From Glycera tridactyla (lineage: Eukaryota), in the NCBI GenBank assembly GCA_965644265.1, contig OZ286469.1, positions 46,252,001-46,316,000 of the forward strand: a DNA stretch of 64,000 bases, given 5' to 3'. Position numbers and translations under genes: made by a program. Of this stretch, positions 51,072 to 63,939 are shown piece by piece. The notes below the pieces were generated by a model. That model was given only the letters and a program-made list of their open reading frames with translations. It did not search any database and was not told where the DNA came from. Each line of letters starts with the position of its first letter. Within the stretch, counting starts at the first letter, position 1.

Positions 51072-51582
51072 GTGAATTACACAATGCATCAATAGGGTAT
51101 TTCAACTAAGGCGGAAATATCTCAAAACTATTTTCTATTTGGTCACTTGTTCGCATGTGTTTCACTAGTGAATTACACAATGCATAAATGGGGTATCCAC
51201 ACTAAGTCGGAAATATATTAAAGCTTTTTGCTTCGGTTACTTGTTCGCATTATTTTCACTAGTCAATTACACAATGCATAAATAGGGTATCCCAAGTAAG
51301 TCGGAAATATCTTTTTTATTTGGTCACTTGTTCGCATGTTTTTCACTGGTGAATTACACAATGCATGAATAGGGTATTTCAACTAAGTCGGAAATATCTT
51401 GATCCTTATTTTCTTTGGTTACTTGTTCGCATGTTTTCACTAGTGAATCACACAGTGCATGAAAAAGGTATCCCAACTAGGTCCGAACACAATGCATGAA
51501 TGTAGTATCCCGACTGAGTCGGAACATAATGCATAAATAGAGTATTTCATTTGGTTACTTGTTCGCATGTTTTTCACCAGTG
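51072..51582. repeat. ~93-bp minisatellite, about 5 units
   Basis: Units begin gt(g/c)aattacacaatgcat at 51072, 51168, 51262, 51349 and 51443; each contains tcggaaata and acttgttcgcat (last unit rearranged). Confidence 0.9.
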
Positions 51583-52641
51583 ACTTGAGTCAATAACTGA
51601 ATCAGCTCACCATCAAATAGAATATTGACATTTGTCATAAATATCGGGGAAGGGATTTGAGTTGACAGGGACTCTATCTTACCCCGACTTTTCAATTTCA
51701 TGTCGAAATGACAGTACCTCATGCAATGTGACTATCCTACATCATCTGGATCTGTCTCACTACATGACGTCATGATGTCGCGTGTGCACCCTGTGACGTT
51801 AAGGCAACGCCATGTCTTTTTGACAAGTCGATACTGCTTGATCATCAAGTGCTCAATCCAATGTGAGCAGCTGGAAAATATATCAGCTGGACTCGAAGGT
51901 GTGTGGAAAATGTATAGAAATGTATTAAATTTGGTTTTTCAATCTAATTATATACGCTGGAATGACGTCACAGATGTTAGACTGTTAACCACTGCCTGTC
52001 AATAATGTGCATTGTGCTGAAAATATAGGCCACGCTTGATTGTAAAGCTGGTTTAAAGTTGGCAGTTCGCAATGGAACACATTGCTTGAGTATTCTCCAA
52101 AAGTAATGCTTTTCCCAGTTTCAAGTGCTGCTTTTTGCTTTAAAAGAAATTGCCATCAGGTTTGATTGTCTGTCAGCTTCCAGCCAGTTACAAAGTTATA
52201 TATGCCATATCAAGGTCCATCGTGTACAAGTTATATTGTTAAAGGTGTGTCTGAACTGTCAGCTACTTCCACTTGACAACCTCCCACGTTTGCCATTATT
52301 TTGCGCTTGTTTCAAATACTGCGCTTTGCAAAGCATAGCTATCAGGCTTGAGTGTCAGCTTGCAGCCAGATACTTGGTCACATAAGTGTTCATAATCAGG
52401 AGTTAGAGATGCATCTGAACTGTCAGCTAAAACCTTTTAGGTTTCTCATCATTTTGTGTTCAGGTTTAGTGAGAGCGATGTCTGCAGTGGAAAGCACATC
52501 TAGCTTTCATTGACCAGGAACACAAGGCATTGATTCTCTGGGTTGATACATGATGGTAAACGTCACACAATCAAGCGATTAGGAATCATGTATGGCCCAG
52601 TGATGGGTGAAAACCCGATTGAAATGCATGCTTGCACCTGA

Positions 52642-53044
52642 AACTGTCAAATCCAAATATAGCGGGTACGTTCCACACACTAAATTCGCCAATTTCCGCT
52701 CGATTTGACTTTTAATGGCATGAATAGATGGCAACGGTCTTCCGACGATTTTCGTATGCTGTTGGAGAGAATATGCCATCATTTCATTGCATTTATATGG
52801 AGAATCCGTCTGATCTTTCCCATGTGAAACAATTTGAATACGACCGCCGCACTCGTGATGAATACAGCATGGAATCGACATATTGGGTACTCTATTGTGG
52901 AATAAACTAGGTACCCTCGCCGATATCACACTTCTAGTCGCCGGAGATGTCAACGATGTCCGTACGTGAGTGTCATTTCAATCTGATGCGAATTCGCGAT
53001 GCTAGGGCGAAAAACGCACACGCCACGATCCAACTGGACAGACT
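52642..53044. mobile_element. CTGTCAA-family MITE copy
   Basis: Shares ends and the ctagtcgccggagatgtcaac core with 12027-12403. Confidence 0.7.
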
Positions 53045-53229
53045 TTAGTTGAGGTGCATCTTCGTTGGGCGGAGGAATACATTCCAGTGAATGGGAAGTG
53101 GTGCCGTGACAATCCCCCGCATTTGATGATCTGCTCAAGAGTTCGCGTGGATTTGTGATGGATTTTGAATGTTGTGATAGTTACGGACTCTGAACAAAAC
53201 TTACACATGTTCACCATGTATGAACATGC

Positions 53230-53306
53230 AGACACATGCATGTCAGCATGGACACAAACACACACATGCATGTGAGCATGAACACAAACACACCTAACAC
53301 ACACAC

Positions 53307-53362
<56 letters not shown>

Positions 53363-53445
53363 TCATATTTATACACATACATACACACACGCACACCCTT
53401 ATTCTCACATACACACATGAACACAAACACACCTAACACACACAC

Positions 53446-53495
<50 letters not shown>

Positions 53496-53640
53496 TCATA
53501 TTTATACACATACATACACACACGCACACCCTTATTCTCACATACACACACGCGCACATACGCAAATACACATACACATAGGCTAACGCTAACACATACA
53601 TATGCACACAGAATATATACATGCATCGAACACACATACT
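53230..53640. repeat. Compound (CA)n/(TA)n region with a ~140-bp local duplication
   Basis: catg..cacaaacacacctaacacacac-(TA)n-atattcatatttatacacatac...cccttattctcacatac occurs twice. Confidence 0.85.
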
Positions 53641-56324
53641 CGAANNNNNNNNNNNNNNNNNNNNNNNNNNNNNNNNNNNNNNNNNNNNNNNNNNNNNNNN
53701 NNNNNNNNNNNNNNNNNNNNNNNNNNNNNNNNNNNNNNNNNNNNNNNNNNNNNNNNNNNNNNNNNNNNNNNNNNNNNNNNNNNNNNNACACATTTCTGAT
53801 TTCTCACGTACAGTCAATCTGAAACTTAAATTACCCTAGTCTTGCTTAATCATGGGCCTATACTAGGTATAACCGATAATCATGTGTGTATCATTCAAGT
53901 CAACGAAATTAATAAAGTAATATTTATATTATCATTACTCATGTCTGTGTATCTTTGACTAAGTATGATGTGCTTCCAGTGCGGTACTTTCAAAGACAAT
54001 CAAAGCTGGATTGAAGATTACAGATCATAAATGAGAATAATACTACTCTCTTGCTTGTCTAGCTGTTATGGCAAGGAAAGGTGTCCATCATCAGTTCATC
54101 AATCTCCGTACTCTTTCCCGGCCCCTGAAATGACACCTTGGTTGTCTGTGATTTTCATATCATTTCACCTTACACGGGACATGGACGTCTCAATAAAATT
54201 AGGCAGATGACCACAAAACGCTGAGCGAATAACCAACCAACACATTTTCCTGTCCTACTTGGTCATCAGAAGTTGGGACGCCCTCTATCGTGAGCCTGCC
54301 GAACTATCTTGTTGAAATTTATACGGAAGGTGGCGTTGCCGTGGTCGATTCTCATCCATTTGCGCCAGTGTTTCCTCGCACCTCCACGCTTGCCAAACAT
54401 ACGTAGGTGCGAGGTGGATCAACAAAGTGCATTCGGTGAACGACCCAGACGTTCATTCGCAATTAGGCTGTTATTCATATAGTCAGTACCAGGAACAGAG
54501 TCAGTCAGGCGCTGAGAAATATCTTCTCGCGATGCAGTATACGTGATATATCCCATGTCCTGCTGAAAACCTCACTGGACCCGTAGGGTAGGACGAGGCT
54601 ATATCTAGCATGAAAAAATCCATTAACTAATTGAAACCTTCATGACTGTCTACACTGCCAGCACCAGCACCTGGTTGAGCAGTAGCACCAACACACATCT
54701 CCCCCTTAAACAGTCGAAAAACTTGGATAATGGGCCAATCTTTGAGTTTATGATATGTATATAATGATCCAATTTTCATCTCAAAGCGAAACAAAATAGT
54801 GTTCCGGTTGCTGTTGCCGCCACTATCATTGTCTGACTGTCTTGCCTGTTTGCCTGCCGCCGCTGCCATTGTCTGCTTGTCTGTTTATCCGTGAGCCATA
54901 TCCCTTTTGACGTGTAATTTCATGTATCCCCGTGTGCTGCCGCCGCTGCCATTGTCTGACTGACTGTTTGTCTGCCTGTGAGCCATATCCCTTTGACGTG
55001 TAATATCATGTATTTCCATGTGCTCTGAGTGAAAACCCAGTGGAAGGCCGGTAATAGCCTATCTACCTGCCAGGATAATTGCATATCTCAGCCTGGCATT
55101 AGAAATCTATCATATTATGACCCACGATGGACTCCACTTTTACCAGTTACACACCAGGTGGTGGCATTCCGTTTGTAATAGGCCAGACGGGGGAATTATG
55201 GTGGTTTCCCATGAGGTAATGAACCATGTGTATATCGTCAAAGCTGCCCGAGAGACCATATTTGTTATAAGGACACCTGCTAACAGATGCCACACTGAGC
55301 TTCAACCTTTTTAGTTGGGAGTGTTGGGACCATGGGTGCTGTGTTTACAAGCTGCTGCTGCTCTGATGGTGGACTGCATGTTGCTCAGAAATGAGTGGAG
55401 GTGGTGCCAAAAAGACAAGCACAACTTTCATGGGTCGCTGTCCTTTATGAAATGGTGCAACCACTGTGACAATATGTATTCACCGGAACGTCCCCATTCA
55501 AATATATAGATGTGTTGTATATAAATCGGCTTTGTAAACTCACCATGCCATCAGCACACCGTGTTCAGGGAAGCCAGAATTATCCTAGCCCCCACTCCCG
55601 TATGATATCTTTACGACACAATTCATGTCAAATATGAGTTTTTCCTGCGCAATAAAAAGCAAATCGTGTAGTTGTTACGAATAAAGAGCCACCGACATAA
55701 AGTCAAACTTCGATCAATGAAATGTACACAAATGCTGATCTGTTTCTATAAACATGCCGCCGCCGAATTCAGCATGAAATGGACATACTTGGCGCTTGCG
55801 TGAAATGTGACCGCAAAGGAGATCACTTGTCAATTTCAACTCGGCGCACCGAACGTGTCAATTTCACATAATTTTATGGAGTAGGTGGCTGCGGCATCCC
55901 TTTGATCTCAAGCATAAGTAGTCCTGGCGAGTCGAGCATGGTACAGAAGCCAGAGTATGGTCCGTTCCAGCATACCACACCCCAGAAAAGGAGCCGTACC
56001 ACACTCGTCGTCAGCCGAAGAGAATGCGTCCAATCATTTGTTGAAGAGCCTAACTACAGCTACCAAATCGAGGGAACCAATGAGCGAGTTGAAGGATGGG
56101 GACTGAACCACATGTGCATCCAATAGGGGAGGAAAACAGTAATAAGAATCCCGAAGTTGGAAGAAGGGGACACTGAACTTGGGGTGCCTGGGGATACTCT
56201 ACCAGTCAGTCTGCCGATTCTTGAAGAGAGCCTTGTGGTGCATTCTTTGATGCTACTGGGTTTTGTGGACGAATAAACACTGAGAAATCTGGATACGCCT
56301 TACTATTAGTTAAGGAGATGCTAA

Positions 56325-57059
56325 AGTCTGTCAAGCTTAATCGTGGCGGGTACGTTTTTCGCCCTAGCATCGCATCATGTCGTAATGAGACTTGCTGACA
56401 GATTTGATGACATCTCCGACGACGAGAAACGTGACCTCGGCGAGGCTCCCTTCAATTTTTCACCTTAGAACGCAAAATATGTCAATTTCACGCTGGTTTC
56501 CCGACAAGAGCGGTGGCCGTATCTCCACTGTTTCGCACGATTAAGCTTGACTGTCAAGCTTAATCGTGGCGGGTACGTTTTCCGCCCTGGCATCGTGATT
56601 TCGCATCAGATTGAAACGAGACTGGCAGACAGACATTGTTTACATCTCCGACGACTAGAAATGTGATCACGGCTAAGCCCCTTGTATATTTCACCTTAGA
56701 ACACCAAATATGTCAATTTCACGCTGGTTTCGCGGCGTGTGTGGCGGCCGCCTCCCCATTGTTCCATATACCAATACTCGCCGGCGGATTTGCTGTAAAA
56801 ATGCAACAAAATGATGGCGCAATCCTTTTCTGAAGCATACGTAGTAGGAAGTTCAGGACCTTCAGGCTCTGACAGTGGTACTGGACTGAGATCAGTCCAA
56901 ACAGTCAAACAATCAAACAAACAAACAAACAAACGTACCACCTGAGACTAGGTCCGATAATCGCCGGAAGACCTGTACAAGTCTTTTTTTTTGCCCATAA
57001 AAGGCAAATCAGACAAGAATTGACTGAATCGTACCCGCCACATTTGGATTTGACAGAGT
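56325..57059. mobile_element. CTGTCAA-family MITE with a duplicated left end
   Basis: agtctgtcaagcttaatcgtggcgggtacg at 56325, again at about 56551; right end cgtacccgccacatttggatttgacagagt. Confidence 0.7.
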
Positions 57060-57439
57060 TTATGACACTACCATGGCAATTCTAGTTCAGCAGAAATGAT
57101 TCCTTGGGTGTCCGTGAATTGTCATGACTTTATTGACTTTCGGGCTTCATTGCGCTTGAAGCAGATCTTCACATATTAGCAAAATTTCAGAACACATACG
57201 ATGTGGATTCACAAAGCTCGGCTTATTATGGCATGTGCATACCTTCCTGGCCTGTCTGTAGCATTCCTTCTTACCTATTTTGAACTTTCAATTTTTCTGC
57301 TTGCCCATAAGATAATGTGGCATGTAGTTCGATTGTTTTGGTTTGACTTTCTTTCAACATACTCGCATCATATCGGACTGAAGAAATAAAACTAGGCCTG
57401 TAGGCCTGAAATGGTAAGCGGCAAGCGGATGAACTTGAT

Positions 57440-58024
57440 GGTTGGGTGGTTAGTTGGTGGGTCGGATGGTGGGTAGGTGGGTGGGTGTCGGTTGGTGGGT
57501 AGGTGGGTGGGTAGGTAGGTGGGTGAGTAGATAGGTGGGTGAATATATAGGTGGGTAGGTGGGTGGTGGGTGGGTAGGTAGGTGGGTAGGTAGGTGGGTG
57601 GGTAGGAGGTTGGGTAGGTGGGTAGGTAGATGGGTGTGGCAGTAGTTGGGTGGGTAGGTAGTTGGGTAGCTGGGTGGGTGGGTAGATGGGTGGGTAGGTA
57701 AGTGGGTGGGTAGTTGGGTAGGTAGGCGTGGGTAAGTCGATGGATGGGTGGCTTGGTAGCTGGGCGGGTAGGTTGGTGGGTAGGTGGGTGGGTGGGTAGA
57801 TAAGTGGGTGGGTAGGTGGGTGCATAGATGGGTGGTTGGGTAGGTGGGTGGGCAGAAGGGCAGGTAGATGGGTGGGTGGGTAGGTCAGTAGGTGGGTTGG
57901 TAGGTGGGTAGTTAGGTGGGTGGGTAGTTGGGTGGGTAGTTGGGTGGGTAGGTGGGTGGGTGGTTGGGTGGGTAGGTGGGTGGGTAGGTGGGTGGTTAGC
58001 TGGGTGAGGGTGTAGGTGGGTGGA
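57440..58024. repeat. (GGTG/GGTA)n degenerate microsatellite running into a gap
   Basis: Direct reading. Confidence 0.9.
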
Positions 58025-58959
58025 NNNNNNNNNNNNNNNNNNNNNNNNNNNNNNNNNNNNNNNNNNNNNNNNNNNNNNNNNNNNNNNNNNNNNNNNNNNN
58101 NNNNNNNNNNNNNNNNNNNNNNNNNNNNNNNNNNNNNNNNNNNNNNNNNNNNNNNNNNNNNNNNNNNNNNNNNNAATGGGTGAGATACAATGTACAATAG
58201 GGGCCATGTGTACTGTGTTCACAAGATGCTGTTCCTGCTCAGGTGTTGGACAGCGTGTGTTGTGCCCAGCAGTGGCAGTGGTGGCCTGCGTTAGTCTGAC
58301 TGGTGCTCCCTGCCTGCCAGCCACCCCTCTAGCTCCAGTGAGCTTGAGGAGGGGGAGGCGTGACAGCCGACTATGTGCCTACAGTCAGTTTCATTCACAG
58401 TTGAGATAGGGGATAGGAAGTAAGGCCCAGTTAGTACAGAGCTATGGAAATGTGCGCGAGGCATCTGAACCTGGAACGGAGTTGAACACTGAGTACATAC
58501 TGAAATGAGCACGCTGACCTAGCTAACCTGCACTGACCAACACACAAGCATGCACAGGAAGTGCTGCTGAAGCCTTTAATATGCCAGGTGTTACCGGAGT
58601 GAAATTCCATAAACAATCTCAGTCAATAGCCCAAATGTGAATCCGATGCCATCTTCTATTTGCATTAACAATAAACAAACAACATGCATGCCATTTGATA
58701 ATTTGATGGTCTACCTTGCCTGTATGAATGAATATTTGTAAAGTGGTCGAGAGTTTCATGCACTCTCTGTATTCCATGTCAGCTTATGGCGGCCCACGAA
58801 TGTCAAAAATTGTTCACCTTTGTCTCTGTATCATTGCATATTGGTAAAATAACATCCAATTTCGGTCACCCAAATCAAACAATATATTTTTCATCTATTC
58901 AGTCATACCCTGAATGGAGTTCAAAATGCTGGCATTCCCTCACTTGGTAGGACCCTTTC

Positions 58960-59420
58960 AATTCCAGATAAACAAACACCACTGTTTTGCAATCTCAGCG
59001 AAGCAATTGCACTGAATGTGGAATCCGGCCAAGGCCGTCTTACCACAAAAAACTGGAGAAAGGAAGTACCGCTGCCAGGGGCAGTCCCCTTCTCTTTGTG
59101 AAGGACAGCAGTGGGTCTTTCACGCGTACAGGCATAGACCTAATCCATACGTACGGCTGGCCTTTGATAGCCCAGTCGGCATGTAGATAGTTGTTGGAAG
59201 GTGAGAGGTCTTTGGAGACTATACCCACGGGGAAACGGTACCATCTGCTCTTGACTCTGCATTCAAGTCTCAATATAGCACTGAATAGGCGCTCGACAAC
59301 CAAAACTCCACCTATCTACAATTCCACAATGATCTCGCAGGGATAATTAAAGCCATTTTGGACTGCACTCTCGTTTGTAGGTCAGTAGATCCATTGAGCC
59401 AAGTGATTGTTCTTCAAGGT
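58960..59420 (-). pseudogene. Possible heavily decayed LINE RT fragment
   Basis: NNYLH...KG...LAAV...RIPH..LL spacing loosely follows the LINE RT Q-x-GF ... D-x-x-x-AFD-x-V-x-H region, with stops. Confidence 0.3.
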
Positions 59421-59879
59421 GTTCGAAGCAGGTATCCTGCTATAAAATCAATAACACGGCGCTGGTCTGTGTGAATCGTCCCACTTCAAGTATCATCAAT
59501 TATGCGGTTGCTTGGTTACGGCTCAACTAGAGCATAACAACTCACCTGCCCTCCCATCTCCGTCCGTCACGCGCGTAAGACGCCGCTAAAGATACTCAGG
59601 TATATTAGACAAAACATATTTAGCGAGGTGTTTACAATTTGCGCTGTGAAATATACACTTCCCCGTCCAACCGTGGTGTGTGTGTATATAACATGTGATC
59701 AACTTCCGACGGAGGTCTGGTGATGGCGATCACTTTCAGACAGTGATCGGGGTCCATAACGAAATGTGGGATACCGTGGCTGAGTTACTTGAAGTGGACC
59801 ATGCATGGACGGCGTCAACTATGGGATGAAATCAACATGGCGAGGACACAACATCCATTTGACCAAGGTACTCAATTTC

Positions 59880-59957
59880 AATTTTGCTCATTTCCGCCTC
59901 TCCGTCCGTCCGCCCTTCCAGCCGCCCACTCGCTCTCTCCCTCACCCTCTCTCTCCC

Positions 59958-60016
<59 letters not shown>

Positions 60017-60470
60017 ATGTCTGTCTGACTCTCTGTATGTCTGTATGTCTATCTGTCAATTCATAGCATTCCCTAATGAATGCCAGCCATGGATGGGGTC
60101 TCCAAACAGGCCGGTCGATTTTAGGGTCCAGAAATGATTTTTCTCAGAAGATGGTGGCTGTCCATAGCCACTCCAAACTTGGCATGGATATAATTCATAG
60201 AATTTCCCCCAATGAATGCCAGGCATGGATGGGGTCTCCCAACAGGCCTGTTTTATTATAGGGTCCAGGAATGATTTTTTTCTGAAGATGGTGGCTGTCC
60301 ATAGCCACACGAAACTTGGCATGGATGCAATTCATAGAATTTCCCCAATGAATGCTAGCCATGGATGGGGTCTCCCAACTGGCCTGATCAATTTGGGGTA
60401 CATAATTGGTTTTTCAGAAATGGACATATCTAAAGATTATTATTTTTCAGCACAAACACGACAGACTTGA
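59880..60470 (+). mobile_element. HINE-like element: (CTGT)n tract followed by ~135-bp tandem core repeats
   Basis: tccgtccgtcc, then (ctgt)n at about 59955-60050, then units starting aattcatag at 60058, 60192 and 60329 containing aaacttggcatggat. Confidence 0.55.
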
Positions 60471-60995
60471 CCGTTGAGTTCCGTAGATTCATTTCGAAGT
60501 ATTTCCAGTAAACATTCGATCTCGGAGTTCATGGCTCTCTTTCTTCAGGTGGCTTCACGGAGGCTTTTTTGGCTGCCTGGAGTATACCAACTGACACATG
60601 TCCCCTCAAAACAGGTAGCTACATACGAGTCAGGACAAGAATAGATCAACAACTCCAAGAAAATCCCCACCATGCATGCGCATTATGTCAACAGAAAGTT
60701 TTTAATGGTAGCAGGTTTGAAACATGATGGTGCCCCCCCCCCCCCGGAGGCATTCAGCACAGAGCTGGAAATTAAAGGCCCTCAGATGGGAGTCTAGCAG
60801 GACAAGAGGGGCCCAGTATTGGGCCTTCTTATGCAGTACCGTGATTGGTGGATTTAAATTTTGATTTCGTACTCGAAATTCAAAATCGTAGTAGCCAGTT
60901 ACCTGTGGGCACTATAATCATCATTAGTGTAATAGTGGTTCGACCCTCGATTTCAATCATCTTGAGAATCATGTTTTTTTCTGATTTGATTTTAG

Positions 60996-61314
60996 ATGTG
61001 AACGCTGACCGTAGTAGAGTGCCCCCTAGTGGCGATGCTGCAGCACTTCCGGTTCCGCAAGTCGTATGGGGCACCTCATTGAGTCACGCGGCGTCGACGC
61101 CCAACTCCGCCTACGTCTCCCCGCAGACGGGTCCCCACTCACCCACTGTGGTCACTCCGACCACCGTGGTCAACGTCAACAATGGTCATCCTCATCCTCC
61201 TCCGCAGTTCGTACAGGTTCACCAGCCTTATCACTGGCGTCAACACACCTTCACCATTGTTGCCATCGTCCTTGTCATTGTCGGCATCATCATAGCTGCC
61301 TTCGTCAGCATCGG
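60996..61314 (+). CDS. Hairpin membrane protein gene B, N-terminal/TM1 exon (phase 1-2)
   Basis: tttttctgatttgattttAG|60996, 61314|GTAGGT. Encodes ...HSPTVVTPTTVV...YHWRQHTFTIVAIVLVIVGIIIAAFVSIG. No in-frame ATG, so an upstream coding exon is needed (not identified). Confidence 0.78.
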
Positions 61315-63815
61315 GTAGGTTTGGTTTGATGGAGGTTTGATGTGAGATTTAACCTACGTAGGACGGTTTGACATTCATCAATCAACTAGAATGACCGTAG
61401 TTCCGGTATAGCAGAACTAACATATGGATGTGGCAGTCTAGACATATGAATTTTTGTTCGAGGTTCAGCGACATGTATCAATCCAGCGGATTATCTATTT
61501 CGTGCTACCTTCGCCGATTCTGACCCTCGAGGCAATTATTGGTTGGACCCACGTGAAAAATATAACTGATGTTTTCTGAAATCATTTTACCAGGATTTAT
61601 CAATTTGATGAACAACAATTTGAGAAAATGTAGCCCTCACGACATGACCAATTCTCCCTACATATCCTTTTTGGTGGCTGAAAACCGTATAACACAGATT
61701 TCGGCTCGGATATGTATGGTTGCGCGCAAATAGTCCAGACGAACCAGCGTGTACGTGTGTCCAAGGCAGCGTATTGATAAAGGCTGAAAAGGTCAAGGTG
61801 ATGCGGCTCGCAGTTGAGCGGACTATTTCCGCGTCTAATGTAGGTCAGGATGTTTCCAACGCTACACGAGGTGCACCAGATACCGGGCTTGCTGACTGAC
61901 GTGTGAAGAATTATCAGAGATCTCATTCGGTGCNNNNNNNNNNNNNNNNNNNNNNNNNNNNNNNNNNNNNNNNNNNNNNNNNNNNNNNNNNNNNNNNNNN
62001 NNNNNNNNNNNNNNNNNNNNNNNNNNNNNNNNNNNNNNNNNNNNNNNNNNNNNNNNNNNNNNNNNNNNNNNNNNNNNNNNNNNNNNNNNNNNNNNNNNNN
62101 NNNNNNNNNNNNNNNNNNNNNNNNNNNNNNNNNNNNNNNNNNNNNNNNNNNNNNNNNNNNNNNNNNNNNNNNNNNNNNNNNNNNNNNNNNNNNNNNNNNN
62201 NNNNNNNNNNNNNNNNNNNNNNNNNNNNNNNNNNNNNNNNNNNNNNNNNNNNNNNNNNNNNNNNNNNNNNNNNNNNNNNNNNNNNNNNNNNNNNNNNNNN
62301 NNNNNNNNNNNNNNNNNNNNNNNNNNNNNNNNNNNNNNNNNNNNNNNNNNNNNNNNNNNNNNNNNNNNNNNNNNNNNNNNNNNNNNNNNNNNNNNNNNNN
62401 NNNNNNNNNNNNNNNNNNNNNNNNNNNNNNNNNNNNNNNNNNNNNNGTTAACCGAGACGAAGTTTCAATCTGAATCTTCACGCCACTTAGAACAAGCACC
62501 ATATACAACCTCAATAGCACCTGATATACATGTAGAGTGTTTTTCCTCGAAGCTGAATAGTTTGGACAAACACCTCCTTAAAAATGCAGCGACGTGTCAC
62601 GGTCCGGGGACAAATACAAAAGCATTATGAAACTCCTGTCAGTCGGGTGAAGAAGGAAATGAATGGAGCAAAGAACAGTAGTGAGTTGAATTATTCTATA
62701 TTTAGCGTCTACATGACGTCATCATTACATCCCTGACGTCATCATCACATTGAGTCTTTGTTTGAAGGCTCCAGGGACTGAAATTTGTCTTTACGCATCG
62801 TCGAAGCTGAGGTGATTATGATCTATCGATTGATTGATGGACTGATTGGTTAATTGATTGGTCGATGAAGTCTATTCATACTCAAATATCTACAGATATA
62901 GCATGGGTATGTGTGCTCAGACGCACATCTCATGTACCCTTCAATGAAGTGGTAACATTTTAATATGATAAAACATCATCTCAAATACACTCATATTAGA
63001 AGATTCGGGTTAGTGGAGGAGAAGAGTTTTGGATGATATTGTTTTCGATGGAAGCAGATTTAGTTTGAATTTGGAACTGAAATTGGAATTAGTGTGTCAA
63101 CCTCTGTTTGTTTGTGGTATTAGTTTGGGTGGATTAGTTCGTTGCCATTATTAGTAAAGGGTAATGGAGATACACCCTCGCGATACTGAGAGGAGTGGTT
63201 AGTCCATCTCTCTCTCTATCTCCTATTTTTCTGTTTCTGTTTGTCTGTCTGCCCGACTTCTCGCCTGCTTGGCCACCTCTCTGTATGTCTGTGCGCCTGT
63301 GTGTGTGTTTGAGTCAGTCAATCAGTCTGTCTGTTTGTCCGTCCGTCTATCTGTTTGCCCTCTATTACTCTCTCTCCTCCGTTTCCCTCTTTCCCCTCTT
63401 TCCTATCTCTTCTCCTTTCTCTCCTGCCTCTCTCTTGCCACCCCTCTCTCTGTCTGTCTCTCTCTCTGTCTCTATGTCTCTCCATCTATCTATTTATCTC
63501 TCCCTCCCTCTCTCCCCTCCCTCTCTCTTTCCCTTTCTTCTACCCCTCTCACCAGCACCTTTGCCTGCCTGTCTGTCCCCCCCCTCTCTCCCTGTCCTCT
63601 CTCCCCCTCTTTCCNNNNNNNNNNNNNNNNNNNNNNNNNNNNNNNNNNNNNNNNNNNNNNNNNNNNNNNNNNNNNNNNNNNNNNNNNNNNNNNNNNNNNN
63701 NNNNNNNNNNNNNNNNNNNNNNNNNNNNNNNNNNNNNNNNNNNNNNNNNNNNNNNNNNNNNNNNNNNNNNNNNNNNNNNNNNNNNNNNNNNNTGACCTAA
63801 CTCTGCATGTTGTAG

Positions 63816-63939
63816 GGTGGGTATATCTCTCCTGGTCATCGGTATGATCTCCTTCACCGCACCTTTCCTACATACCCGTATCTTGAAGCAGCGAGCCATC
63901 AACAACGCACGCTTCGCACCAACTCCCACCTATGTCATG
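63816..63939 (+). CDS. Gene B, TM2 exon (124 bp, phase 2-0); terminal exon lies beyond the window
   Basis: catgttgtAG|63816, 63939|GTAAGT. Encodes VGISLLVIGMISFTAPFLHTRILKQRAINNARFAPTPTYVM. Confidence 0.8.

Noticed and set aside
55880-56280. C-type-lectin-like or other exon on the minus strand
   Set aside because: Only a vague W...C...YLC pattern, preceded by an in-frame stop, with no supporting splice sites.
57271-58324. Long Pro/Thr/His-rich ORFs (308 and 310 aa)
   Set aside because: Translations of a (GGTG/GGTA)n microsatellite spanning an N-gap.
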